Source of the DNA: a virus | Reading direction: 5' to 3' (one strand) | Length of the DNA stretch: 64,000 nt | IMG/VR virus record: IMGVR_UViG_3300042468_000945 | Span: 54,099 to 118,098 of that record | In this document: positions 8,682-20,300 of the stretch, piece after piece | Layout of the letters: each line of letters begins with the position of its first letter | Numbering within the stretch: position 1 is the stretch's first letter | Position numbers and translations under genes: made by a program | The notes under the pieces: model-generated | What the model was told of the DNA's origin: nothing | Databases searched by the model: none | Seen by the model: only the letters and a program-made list of their open reading frames with translations

Positions 8682-11600
8682 TTTTAGCTCCTATATTTTT
8701 AATCCTCTTTAAGTATTCAGTGTCAGATTGTGTGTGGCCATAATCTGGAACTTCTATACCAACTAGAGCCGCTAAGATAGTTGTACCTTTAGCCGCTAGA
8801 CCATCATGTTGTCCACCTAACCAACCACCCAAGAAATTATCAAAAATAGATAGATCATCTCCTACAACACAACCTTGGTGTCCTCTAATACCAGCAACAT
8901 AAGGAAGGGATGTACCATTACTATCTCTTGTTCTCAGAGGAATAATTGTTACAGCTTGTCTAGCTCTTAGTGTAGAGTTAGCATAGTCTATAATAGAAGC
9001 ACCAACTGTAAACCTAATAACCTCAACAGCAGCCCTTAAAACAATAGCAGGAGATAGCCATGATACTGCTTTAATAGACGGAGCAATTACTTTCTTCATT
9101 CTACTTGCAGCTATGGCGACTTTTTCATTTTTGAAAACAACTCCCAACTCCTTAGCAGCTAGAAAATCATCAACTTTTTGTCCTGTTGCTTTAAGCGCAT
9201 TCTCAGCAATTTTAATTCTTTCAACTAATCTAACAGGATTAGAGGCTTCCCTTACAACAGCTTTCAGTTCATCATCGGCAGTTGCAATACCAGCTGCCTG
9301 AGCAGCAGTAAATTGTTGTGCTGTTAAACCTTTTCGATCAGTAAGTAACTCAACAGTATCTAGTTCCTTAATAAAGTCATTCAACCTACCCGCATCATTA
9401 GGTAAGTCTGTTTCAATCATATAGTTTAAACTTTCAACGTCTTTTAAAAGATCATTCAGTCTCTTTTCAAGAACTATTTTTCCTTCAACTGTAGTAGCTG
9501 CATTATAAGCAGTTTCAGCTTCTTTAATTTGTTCTGCCCTCTTAGCAATTAATTCATAGGCATTTTTTATCTCTTCTTTAATTTCTGGTTCTATTAATTT
9601 AAGCTGGTCCTTGAGTCTTTTTGCCACAATACTATCAGCAATCTCAATAACTTTATCTCTATCTAATGTGTCTTCAAACTTAGCTCCTAACTCTTTTAGA
9701 AGATCAACATAATAAAGTTGACTTTCTACAGCGATGTTTAAAACCTTTTTCTGTAGGCCAGATGCTAGTCTTAAAGCTGGTAACTCAAGGTCTAAGTCTC
9801 TTGATCGTCTTAAAATATCAAATAAGTTATTACTTGATTTGTCATTAAGAATTCTTTTTAGTTCGTTTAATTGTTTTCTTCTTTTTGCCCCATAAAATGG
9901 TCTGAGTAAAATAGGCTTCTTCAATTCCAAATCAATCTCAGAAAGAAGTTTTTCTCTGATTTCTGACAGAGAATTAGCATAGAACTTAGTATTTAATTCA
10001 CTAGAACCTAAAACTTCTAGGGCTTGGTTAAGTTCCGCAACCCTCATGTTGAAAGGCATATATAGTTTCTTAGTTAAGTATGCTGCTACAACTGTTGTTA
10101 CTGCCCTTCCAACCATGTATTGACCTACTTTATTTACAGGTCCAACTGATAAAGCAGTAACTAGTTTTGTTCCTTGTACGCTAGTAAATGGAAGTGCAAC
10201 ACAATCTGGAGTTATCATAGTGACAAACCCCCTTTCTGAGTTTAAAATGTGTGTAACGTTTCTTACAAACAAAGGACCTTCAAGACTATTAATAGTATCA
10301 TTCAATAAGACAATATCATTTGGTTTAATACATGCTTGTCCTTGAATAGAGAACACCCCAGAATACATAGTTTTAACTGTATCACACAAACCAGTTAGAA
10401 CAGAGTTTTCCACTGCTGGAGTATCTGGTACTCCTTGTAATGAGTCACCCACAACAGGTACAAACTTACCAACAGCATCTTTAAAAGATTCGTAATAACC
10501 TTTTTGAGCGGCTGTTACATATAATCCAGTATCAACAAGTAAAGTTTTTCTTTCTGCTGGTTGGATATCACTATCAACACTATAGGTTAATGTTCTAGAC
10601 ATGTGATCTGTTGAAGCCACACCATTAAAAGTATTAACACCTGTTGCGTCAGTAAAGACTGTTGAAGCATCACTAGATATTGAATTTGACAGCAAGTTTA
10701 AACCAGTAATTGCTGGCCATACTTGGGTGTAACATTTCCATTTAAGGTGTTTTGTGTAGTTATTAACATCTTTTAATAGTTCAGCTTGTTTATCAGAAGT
10801 GTTTTCAATGTTTTTAAAATCGGTTACATAAGATACTGTTACCAATCTCGGATTCTGATTTATTTGATCAGGACCAAACTTTGGTGATACGGAGAATCTG
10901 GCTCTCACAATATCTCCGTCTGCTCGTTTTAATGTAACATACTGTACAAGATCTCCAAGAACTGACCCCTGAACAAATCCTGGTTCAACTTCATTCCTCT
11001 CTAATACTTTCAGGACAATATCTTTTGAATTAGTAGCCTTTAAATATGCAGCAACCTGGGGCAAAAGTGGTTTAGTATTTGTAGTTTCTTCGTTTTCCAA
11101 CAAAGGGGGTCTTTGGTATTTTAGAATAGATGGGTCATAAGCATAATTAAATGGATACCACCAACCACCAAAGAAGAGGGTTGATCTTGTATGGAATGGT
11201 TCTACTGCTGTAACAAAATCCATTACTGCCATTCTACATACGTTAGCAGTCTTCCAAACAGAAGGTTCTTTAACACTAACAGAAATTAGAGTAGTACCAG
11301 CCCAATTATAAATTGCATTCTTGCTGGCAATTTCACTCAACCAATTAAATTGTTGGTACATCAATCCTTTTCCTGCACCATACATATTCATAAATAATTC
11401 AGGAGTGTGGTATGTAAGTCCAGAATAATACACGTCACCAAAGTGTGGCGTTACACACCTCTTACCATACCTACCACCAGTGACTACACCAGCTATATTA
11501 CCAGCTATGTCATTAGGAACCATAGTTTGGGCAATAATGTAAGCAGGTTCAGTTCCTGTTCCTGCAAAACCTGTAGGACTTTGATAACCTAAACCACCAT

Positions 11601-14600
11601 CGTGAGTTTTTTGTAATCCATCAACAATAGGTTGTTGGAGTTCCCAACCATCACCATCACACTCAACATTAACAAACCCATTACCTACAGGTACATTCAA
11701 AATCCTACCATTAAATACAACTGGTAATTCAGCTGCATTTGAGTTATAGCCCATCCTTATTTGAATTCTTGCCCCTGGATTTAGAGCAAGCATTTCAAGA
11801 TGGTTTTTCTGCCACAATCTAAGAAGATCTTTGTTAGGTGTCTTGGTAATGATATTATCCCAAACCCTTCCAGCAACCACACCTGCACCAACTATTGGGT
11901 TAATACTTCTCTGGTTTGCGTTAACACTATCAACAGCAATTTTCTGTCTCAAAGCCTCTACCTGAGAGTACCTTGTTAAAGCTGTAAACATATTAGAGAA
12001 AGTTACAAAAGCTTTATGAGACGGGTCTGTTTTAGTTTTAAAGACTTCAATTGAAGATATACCACCTCTTGTGTAGAACTGATCCCATAACTTTAAGTTA
12101 CCTTCTGCAAAGTAAAACCCTTCATTAATAATTAGAACTTTAAATGTAGGGTATGCTTGAGCTAATCTTCCCCACAACCCAAATCTACGAACATCAACCA
12201 TAGATGAGTATATAGCATTTTCACTGTGGGGGATTATACCAAAATCAACTTTAAGTCTAATAAGTGTAGCTTCTTCGGCAGTTAGATTTACCTGTTCAGC
12301 TAGTCTTGCACCAACAGTTAACCTAGTTACTACTTGTCTTTGATCAGAAATTCTGACTCTTTCTCCGCTTGGGGTTTGATTTGTAGCTATGTTTACTGTG
12401 TTATTAGCATTATCAACTAAGATGTATGCGTTAAACGGATTAAACATAAGGTCATATTGATCTGTAAATGATGGGTGGATTGCAGAACCAAGAACTCTTG
12501 AAACTTCAATATACCCAATCCAATAATCATCAATAATAGCTGAGTTGGGTTGTCCAACAGCTTGCATTAATTTCTTAATAGTATTTCTTGCTTGAGTACC
12601 ATATCTTTCTACTGAAAGATTAGCTGCTGCCCTATTAAGTTCAGCTTCAAACTCTTTATTGAATCCAGTACCTACCCAAAACTTAGATCTACCAATAGAG
12701 GTTAATCTTAGGTGAGTTGCTATTAATGCAATGGTTGCATTATTCTGGTACTTCTTTAAGTAACCAGAATATACAGAACATATAAGTTCAACCTGTGCAT
12801 TAAAATCTGGGTTTGCTTTGATTTCTTCTAAGGATAGATTAAAATACCCACCATCACCAACTGCGGCAATTCTATTTAAACCAAACCCTGATCTTCTTAG
12901 TACAAAACCTCTAATAACGTTTGGATCAATCTTATATTTACTTGCATAATAATCAAATACATATGCTGATTCTAACATTGCTATTGTTGGATCAACACCT
13001 GATGGACTATAAACATCTGGTTTTTTGTTTTGATTAGCTAAGTAGTAAGCATAATTAGAAGATTGAATTGCTGTTTTCTGATATGTTGATCTCCAATTAA
13101 ACTTGTCATCAAAAGTTGTTTTCTTTATCAGGTCAATTAATGGTTCCCATGTAGGTTCTTTACCTTCTCTTTCTCTTTTCCTAAAGTAACTTAATAAGAT
13201 TGGGAATTCTTCTGGAAGAGATTTAAGAGTATCAGAGTTAAGATCATTATAAACAGGTTCGCCAAACAAAATATTGCTTGCCATATCTCTTACTACTTCA
13301 CCTGCTTTTTTATACTCTTCACCAAATAGTCCACTTATTCCAGATAATACTGCATTAAAAGCATCAAACACACCATCTAAATAGTCAACACCAGCCGTGG
13401 CTCTAGGCGGAATTGGGACCAGGAAGTGAGACACAAGTGATTCACCTTTTAACTTATAAAGAGATCTTCTCTGTAGACCAAAATCTGCGGCTTCTTTTAA
13501 TTTTCTAATTCTCCATGCAAAACTAAAGTAGTCTTTAGCCAGCATTGTATTTTCTAATCTAGCACCAGTAAGCTCATCTTTATTTGTATTTTGGTTAATT
13601 ACATTCGTAATAAAAGCATTATTACCTGGACCATTTAGGTACTCTTCATTTTCTAATGTGTAGCCTTGTCTGTCATCAGTACCAACAGTTGTAACATTCC
13701 ACCAAGCACCCTCAGTAGAGTTGTACCCTTCATTAGTTTTTTTAAGTAATTGAGTAGCATATTGAACGTTTTCTTTTGGTTCAGAATTATCTATAGCCTT
13801 GTTAATCTGTTTTTCATAATCTTCAACACCACTAGATAAATAATCTTTACTATAGTTTGTATAGATATTAAAGATAGGGTCATACTCTCTATAAGCAATA
13901 CCTCTCTTAAAATCGTTGTCGGCAATCGCTTTTGGTCTTAAATCTTTATCAATACCACCAAACTGGGCATCTGCCGCCCTGTCTAATAATGCACCCCACA
14001 GAGAATCAGGGTTGTAACAAATATAAAAATCTGAGTCAGCCCACAGCCCATTATTATATTCACTATAAGAAATCTCTGCTTCTGTACTAGAAATAAATTT
14101 TGCTATTTGCTCTCTTCTTTGTCTAATAGAAAGGAAATCTTCACAGATATCAATAATAGATAGTTCGTACTCAGTAAGGTCTTGAGCAGGTCTACCACTA
14201 TTTCTTCTAATAGCTTCTTCTCTAAGAATATCAATCCATGAGTTTAGTTCTCCCTTTGTAGGAAGCCGCATATCTGGAAGTAATTCTTCTCTTGCCAATG
14301 AGTATTGTAGAGAGAAGTATTCGACTGCTTTCTCTACTAAAGGATCAGGTTCGTTTGGTCCAGGTCTTTGGAAGTTAAGTACTCTTCCTTGTTCCTGTAA
14401 AGTTGTTGGTAAGAATTTAATCTTTTCAGCTGCTTGAGCTTTTGGATCAAACTCAGTAAACAATATTTCAAATTCCCAAACATCTGGGAAGCCTTGCATA
14501 TTGTTGAAACTAAGGGTTACAGGCATAACAAAATCAACTCCCATTAGTTGGAAGATGTTGTTATTTACCTGTAGGAATGGGATGCTGTCATAGCTTTCTG

Positions 14601-16578
14601 TGACTCCACCACCATAAGGGGAGTTAGTAACATTAACGCATCTTTGGTCAAAATCTGATTTTATCTTTTCAAGTTGTTTCTTAGCAGAAATACCAATAAC
14701 TTTTCCTCTAACAACAAATTCTGAACTACCCGAACCTAGGACTTGGTGAACAGGTAAAGAAGAACCTTCCACATGCGTAGGAACACCACCAAAAGTTCTA
14801 CTACCAGCAATTGATTCAACAATGATATTCTCATCATCAGAGAATCCTGATCTTAGTACCGTCTTACTTGCTTTTTGTGCTTTTTCTATAACATCTAAGT
14901 ATTCAGTTCTTTCAATATTTATAACTTGTTTTCTTTTAACACTCTCAATCTTGAAAATATTATTAACAACAGCCAAAAAACTTGCGTCTACATTATTAAC
15001 TACTTCAATAGCAACAGCAAAGTATTCTTGTGGTGACCTTACGGCATTTCTTTTATCGGTAGCCGTAACAGGGTTATTTGTCTTTTTTGTCGTTTCAATA
15101 AGATTATCGTAATACTTACCAATAGCAACATCAGGTAGTCCAGCAGATTTAGCAATTGTTAAGAATGGGTATGTTTTTTGGTCTGGGAGTTTATCTGTGT
15201 AACCTAATACAGTATTAGCCCTGGATGCAATCTTTGAAGCATCTATATTTCCACTATCTGGAAGGTACTTACCTGTATCGTCAACAAAGTTATGTGTCTT
15301 ATATAAATTCCAATCAGCTAAACCAGCATAACTACTTAACTGTAAAAGTTTACTAAAGTAGTTTCTGTTACTGGTTTTAACCAAGAAGATAGTCTTATTA
15401 CCAAGTTCTTTTGATGATATTCGTTTAATATTTGGAGTTGTAATATCATCTCCAAGATTTCCTTCGCCAATACTATTAGATAAGATTCTTCGTAGTGCGT
15501 TAAATGTATTGTACTCACTTAAAAATTCTTCTGGTTTTGAGTTTTTAATATTGTTTTCTATTTGATTTATAGTTAAAGTATCAGGAGTACTAAGAATAAA
15601 CTTACCGTTTAAAGCTCTTGAAGACAGTGAATCATAGACTGATCTTCCTCTTGTTTTACCCCACAACTTAACTAATGGCCAACAAGCACCATCATCTAAA
15701 GTTATTTGAAACCCTGTTGATGTGTCTTTATTTTCTGAACTTGGACAGTACCAACTGAACATAAACGGAGACATGTTTATATCAACTGCAATAGAAGAAG
15801 GAAGTTCTGGTACAGTAGAAATTGTTATGTTATTGATAATATGTTCGTGATAAGGAATATCTCCATCACCTGGACGTTCTCCAAATGGACCACCTTGACA
15901 AGAAACAATAGGGTTTAACAGTACTTGTTCAAGAACTTCTTGAACAGAACTACGTATCTCCTCTGTGCCTGTGGAGATATACGAAATATTATATGTTTGG
16001 TGGGAGTAACCAGAACCTCTTTTAATGGTACCTGATTCTCTAAGTGTTTGCTGTTGTTCTAGGTATGTGGTTCTTTGTTCAGACGTATTCTGAATTGGAA
16101 CATCAAAAACAGCATAACCTATTCTTGTTGATGAAGACCCTTGTTTCCTTACACTACCTACAGGTTTAAATCTAACATCTAATGTTGTATCAGGCCAGTC
16201 ACCACCAGAAGATGCTTCAACCTTTTCCTCAACATCAATTGGTTTAGGTTCTTCATGTATAAAAATGTTTGTGTTGGGTTCTCCAACATCAATTTGGTGT
16301 AATTGTCTACCACTAGGTCTAACCCTTAAGATTACTTTTTGTTTATTAGTCTTAAGCTGTTTACCTATCTCATCAAAAGAAAGTTTAGCAATTCTAGGAT
16401 TATTAACATAAAGAATTCCTATTAAATATCGAAACTCATTATGTTTAAAAGATACGGTCTGATTTCCCTTCTTTGTTGCTAAAACAACTTGAATGTTCTC
16501 ATCACTAATCTTTTTAATTTCAAAGGGAATACCCTCTAAAGATTCCTTATTACTAAGCATTATAGTTTGTTGAAACAT
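8674..16578 (-). CDS. Giant virion structural protein (tail/baseplate hub-like) with degenerate lytic transglycosylase-like segment
   Basis: 2634-aa ORF between tail and baseplate genes. RIQIRMGY...VVFNGRI..V..G.GFVNVECDG resembles hub proteins; SLT-like segment at about 12710-12960. Confidence 0.55.
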   Translation of the reverse strand: MFQQTIMLSNKESLEGIPFEIKKISDENIQVVLATKKGNQTVSFKHNEFRYLIGILYVNNPRIAKLSFDEIGKQLKTNKQKVILRVRPSGRQLHQIDVGEPNTNIFIHEEPKPIDVEEKVEASSGGDWPDTTLDVRFKPVGSVRKQGSSSTRIGYAVFDVPIQNTSEQRTTYLEQQQTLRESGTIKRGSGYSHQTYNISYISTGTEEIRSSVQEVLEQVLLNPIVSCQGGPFGERPGDGDIPYHEHIINNITISTVPELPSSIAVDINMSPFMFSWYCPSSENKDTSTGFQITLDDGACWPLVKLWGKTRGRSVYDSLSSRALNGKFILSTPDTLTINQIENNIKNSKPEEFLSEYNTFNALRRILSNSIGEGNLGDDITTPNIKRISSKELGNKTIFLVKTSNRNYFSKLLQLSSYAGLADWNLYKTHNFVDDTGKYLPDSGNIDASKIASRANTVLGYTDKLPDQKTYPFLTIAKSAGLPDVAIGKYYDNLIETTKKTNNPVTATDKRNAVRSPQEYFAVAIEVVNNVDASFLAVVNNIFKIESVKRKQVINIERTEYLDVIEKAQKASKTVLRSGFSDDENIIVESIAGSRTFGGVPTHVEGSSLPVHQVLGSGSSEFVVRGKVIGISAKKQLEKIKSDFDQRCVNVTNSPYGGGVTESYDSIPFLQVNNNIFQLMGVDFVMPVTLSFNNMQGFPDVWEFEILFTEFDPKAQAAEKIKFLPTTLQEQGRVLNFQRPGPNEPDPLVEKAVEYFSLQYSLAREELLPDMRLPTKGELNSWIDILREEAIRRNSGRPAQDLTEYELSIIDICEDFLSIRQRREQIAKFISSTEAEISYSEYNNGLWADSDFYICYNPDSLWGALLDRAADAQFGGIDKDLRPKAIADNDFKRGIAYREYDPIFNIYTNYSKDYLSSGVEDYEKQINKAIDNSEPKENVQYATQLLKKTNEGYNSTEGAWWNVTTVGTDDRQGYTLENEEYLNGPGNNAFITNVINQNTNKDELTGARLENTMLAKDYFSFAWRIRKLKEAADFGLQRRSLYKLKGESLVSHFLVPIPPRATAGVDYLDGVFDAFNAVLSGISGLFGEEYKKAGEVVRDMASNILFGEPVYNDLNSDTLKSLPEEFPILLSYFRKREREGKEPTWEPLIDLIKKTTFDDKFNWRSTYQKTAIQSSNYAYYLANQNKKPDVYSPSGVDPTIAMLESAYVFDYYASKYKIDPNVIRGFVLRRSGFGLNRIAAVGDGGYFNLSLEEIKANPDFNAQVELICSVYSGYLKKYQNNATIALIATHLRLTSIGRSKFWVGTGFNKEFEAELNRAAANLSVERYGTQARNTIKKLMQAVGQPNSAIIDDYWIGYIEVSRVLGSAIHPSFTDQYDLMFNPFNAYILVDNANNTVNIATNQTPSGERVRISDQRQVVTRLTVGARLAEQVNLTAEEATLIRLKVDFGIIPHSENAIYSSMVDVRRFGLWGRLAQAYPTFKVLIINEGFYFAEGNLKLWDQFYTRGGISSIEVFKTKTDPSHKAFVTFSNMFTALTRYSQVEALRQKIAVDSVNANQRSINPIVGAGVVAGRVWDNIITKTPNKDLLRLWQKNHLEMLALNPGARIQIRMGYNSNAAELPVVFNGRILNVPVGNGFVNVECDGDGWELQQPIVDGLQKTHDGGLGYQSPTGFAGTGTEPAYIIAQTMVPNDIAGNIAGVVTGGRYGKRCVTPHFGDVYYSGLTYHTPELFMNMYGAGKGLMYQQFNWLSEIASKNAIYNWAGTTLISVSVKEPSVWKTANVCRMAVMDFVTAVEPFHTRSTLFFGGWWYPFNYAYDPSILKYQRPPLLENEETTNTKPLLPQVAAYLKATNSKDIVLKVLERNEVEPGFVQGSVLGDLVQYVTLKRADGDIVRARFSVSPKFGPDQINQNPRLVTVSYVTDFKNIENTSDKQAELLKDVNNYTKHLKWKCYTQVWPAITGLNLLSNSISSDASTVFTDATGVNTFNGVASTDHMSRTLTYSVDSDIQPAERKTLLVDTGLYVTAAQKGYYESFKDAVGKFVPVVGDSLQGVPDTPAVENSVLTGLCDTVKTMYSGVFSIQGQACIKPNDIVLLNDTINSLEGPLFVRNVTHILNSERGFVTMITPDCVALPFTSVQGTKLVTALSVGPVNKVGQYMVGRAVTTVVAAYLTKKLYMPFNMRVAELNQALEVLGSSELNTKFYANSLSEIREKLLSEIDLELKKPILLRPFYGAKRRKQLNELKRILNDKSSNNLFDILRRSRDLDLELPALRLASGLQKKVLNIAVESQLYYVDLLKELGAKFEDTLDRDKVIEIADSIVAKRLKDQLKLIEPEIKEEIKNAYELIAKRAEQIKEAETAYNAATTVEGKIVLEKRLNDLLKDVESLNYMIETDLPNDAGRLNDFIKELDTVELLTDRKGLTAQQFTAAQAAGIATADDELKAVVREASNPVRLVERIKIAENALKATGQKVDDFLAAKELGVVFKNEKVAIAASRMKKVIAPSIKAVSWLSPAIVLRAAVEVIRFTVGASIIDYANSTLRARQAVTIIPLRTRDSNGTSLPYVAGIRGHQGCVVGDDLSIFDNFLGGWLGGQHDGLAAKGTTILAALVGIEVPDYGHTQSDTEYLKRIKNIGAKNE

Positions 16579-16580
16579 GG

Positions 16581-17315
16581 CTATCTTTCTATTGTGTGCG
16601 TTCTAAGTCTTACACCAGTATGTACTTGTCTTGGATCGTTTTCTGGATATGATCCTGGGCTATCTTTTCTTTCCGTCTTCTCTCCAGCTGAGTTATCAAC
16701 AACATTTTGTATGAGTGTCCTAGTTGAAGCATCTGCTTTTCTTAAACCAACTGTTGCTCTAAGTGTTGCACTATGAGCAAAAGGGACTACACCTACTTCT
16801 AACAACCTAGGAATGGTTTCTTCAGAAAGGAAGTTTTTCAAGTATGGTGCTTTCTTGAGAACGGTTTCATAGGTAGAGTCAATTGAGTTTACAAATTCAC
16901 TTTTACCCTTACTAACTAATAGAGTACGAAGTTTGTTAAATAAATCTTTCTGAGTGCTTTTAGCATACTTATATGATGCAAATCCAGCTAAAACAGTTAA
17001 ACCTTGAATACCAACTGCTGTGATTGGATCATAACCTTTCTTCCTATCAGCAACAACACCAGCACTCATCTGGGCACCCATAAAAAACATGGACCTAAAC
17101 CCTTCTGAGTTTATTTTTCTGTTAGTAGCTGAAAAAGCATATGCCGCAACACCAGAGAATATTCCAATTTTCCTGGTTCGATCTACGTCTTCTTGGTCAG
17201 ACTCGGGCAACCCAAAACTTCTTGCTATAGACTTATCGTTAGATAACGATACGGCTGAAAGCAAAGCCATACCTACAATACCAGTAGCTGTAGATATTTT
17301 ATTGTTAATTGACAT
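16581..17315 (-). CDS. Hypothetical protein with hydrophobic small-residue helices
   Basis: 244 aa; ATGIVGMALLSAV, IGIFSGVAAYAF, AVGIQGLTVLAGFA. Confidence 0.55.
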   Translation of the reverse strand: MSINNKISTATGIVGMALLSAVSLSNDKSIARSFGLPESDQEDVDRTRKIGIFSGVAAYAFSATNRKINSEGFRSMFFMGAQMSAGVVADRKKGYDPITAVGIQGLTVLAGFASYKYAKSTQKDLFNKLRTLLVSKGKSEFVNSIDSTYETVLKKAPYLKNFLSEETIPRLLEVGVVPFAHSATLRATVGLRKADASTRTLIQNVVDNSAGEKTERKDSPGSYPENDPRQVHTGVRLRTHTIER

Positions 17316-20300
17316 TATCTTATGTCTGCCATCATTTGCTCATAAGCAGCTAGACGTACAGGTAGTCCTTGAGTCGTATTTTCATCTTTAGTCATGTTTC
17401 CATTAGAATACTTATTAACAATATGACTAACCTTTTCTTCTAATGCTCTTTGTTGGTATTTATTATTAACAAAAGTTTTCATATCAAGATTTAATTGGAA
17501 AGGTTGTGTCCCACCTGTAAATACTCTTGCTGGTGTAGGGTCACCTGGAATTTCTGATTGAGCACCAATAACTCCAGGAGAATTTTTAGACGCATTACCA
17601 CCAGAATACTTTTCTTCTGGATTCTTATTTGCCATAAGTAGTGTGGTCAATCCACCAACTAACAGTAACGCACCTACAATCTTTTTATTCTTACCAACAT
17701 CAAACATGTCAGTACCAAGAATACCTTCGTGTTGTGCCTTAATTGCCTCTCTAAAAACAGTATCTGAATGTTCATTTGCAGTTGCAGCTGTTGTTGCAAC
17801 TTTTTGTGCGGCTTCATTCATGGTTACAGTAGTTTTTTCAGCGGCAGATTGTCTAACTGTAAACCTTGCAGCAACTTCATTCAAGTTTCGCATAAGATTA
17901 CCAGGTTCGGAGCTTCTTATTGTTTCTGCCTGTTGCTTAATATACTCAGTAGCTATTCGTTGTTGGGTATGTTTGTTAGCCCCCTCTTTATGTAGTTGAT
18001 GCATTAGTTGCTCTGCTTCAGAAAATACATTATCTAATAAAGGGGTTCTTTCGCCTAATCCAGAAATAGTTTCACCAGCTTCCCTTTCCATATCAGCAAC
18101 AGCTTGTTGACTTATTTTAGGTATAAGATCTCCAAGACCTTCGTTGTACTTCCTTTGGAACATCCTTACAGTCATGTTCTTATCTACAGCATAAGCTCCT
18201 GTTATAAAATCTTTTAATGCTAGGTCAGCCCTCTCCGCCCCCATAAAAGATTTTTCTAGTGCTTCAGTAAGATTTTTTTGAATTTGTTTAACTGTATCTA
18301 ATTCATGCTCATCAGCTAACGTATGTAGTTCATTTATTCTCGTTGCAATAACCCCTTGTACACGTTTTTTGTAAGATGAGCTTTTTAGTTTATTAACTAC
18401 TGATGGGGTGGTAATTTCATCTATAGGAGTATCAAGAGCCATGTCACGAGCTTGTAGATTATTTCTTGCACCTACGTCGTTAAATAATTTAGTGATTTCA
18501 TTTTTATTTCCAGTTCTTCCTGAATCCATAAAAGTATCATGTACTGCTGATCTTCTTACATATGCTTCAAAATCTTCTGGAGTTGTGTTATCAGTAATTG
18601 ATAGTTTAGGTCCACTAAAACCTCCACTAGTGTCACGACTATGTATATTTAAATATGGTTGACTTAAAATTTCTCCTGGCCTTTCCAAAGACATGACATC
18701 CTTTACCATTAGCATTGCTTGTCTTAGCTTATCAGTATCCCCATCCATACCATCCCTTATTAGCCTACCTATTGTTTGTCCAAAGTCTGACTCCATAGCA
18801 GGTGTTAATTCTTGTGTGTACATTTCTCTGTAGGACTGGTCTGTGAGTGCTTCACGTAATCGTAATCTTAAAGAACTTGTAAATGAAGCAGCATTATCTG
18901 GGTTTCCAGGTATGTAAGCCCTATCAACAAGAGTATCAATAGCTTTTGTTAAACTTAAACCTTTTCCAATTCTTGCATCAAAATCGTCAAGAACTTCAGG
19001 AGTTAACAGTTTATTAACTTCTTGTGAGACCACAAATTCATGGAAACCAAACAACTGATCTGTCATTTGGGATGTTACATTACTTTTTTGGTATTTTGTT
19101 TTATTGAAGAAGTTTAAATCATTTATAATTCTATGTGCATCACTATGTGCTACAGTCTTTGTGGACACATTGATATCCTTAACAGCCTCAGCAGATAATC
19201 TATCATCTTCTACGGTGTAAGATTTAAACTTCCTAAACCTCAACCCTAAAGAGTTTGCACCAGTACCAGTTAGATTTGAATACTCTCCTGTTTCAACAAA
19301 TGTACCATCAGGTTGGATGATAAGGTTTTCCATAACAGCCACCATACCTTTACCACCAACTTCATCAGTTTCAAATGCTTTTAGTTTATAGGCTCCTCTT
19401 AATGATGTCCCACCATCACTAGGGTTATAATAAATGGTAGAATTATTTGTATCAGCCATACCTTTAAAGCTAATATTTTCTAACCCTAATTCATCTCTAA
19501 TTCTAAACTTCTGGTCAACTGCATCCATGCCACCTCTTATTTCTTTTTCATTTAAAAGTCTTCTGGATGCTTCCCTAACGCTTGCATTACCTATATCAAA
19601 TTTTCCACTTGCTTGAGTTAATACAAGTAGATCATAGTTCTTCTTTGCCCTGGTTGCTTCAAAAATTCTCTCAATTTTTTGTATTGCCAGATCACCACTT
19701 ATACTTTCGCCTTGAAACTCCACAATTTCTTTTGCTAGGTTAGGTCTTTTAGCTATAACTCTAATTCTGTCTAAAATCTCTTCAAAGTGGTAACTCCATT
19801 GCGTACCCACAAATTGAGCTTTTTCAAAACTTTCAGCAACTCTAAGAAGTGCATTAAGCTCATCGCCACCATTAAAATCAACTATGCTCTTTACTCCATC
19901 AATATCTTTATAACCAAGCCCCATTCTTTCAATAACTGTTCTAGTACCAGCTTTCCCATTTTTTGGATCATGAGCAACTTGTTTCATAGATACATCAAAT
20001 ATAAGACTACCTTCTCCAAGCATCTGACTAGCTTCTAATCCTCTTCGTAGGTGCTCTTGCACAGGTCCCAAAGAGTCTGTACCAAGTAACCTAATTGGTT
20101 TATTACCAGTTGATTCTTCTAACATAGCAAAACCAAGCCTACTCTGATTTCTAACTCTCATGTAGTCAGCATTTGTTTCTACTGGTTTAGCATCAATATA
20201 TTGAGGTGTTGCTTGCTTTGCTTGTAGTTGTAAAGGTTTAAACTTTATGGTTTCAATGTCAAAGTCACTAATAGATGCTCCTTCTGGTAATTCACCAAAA

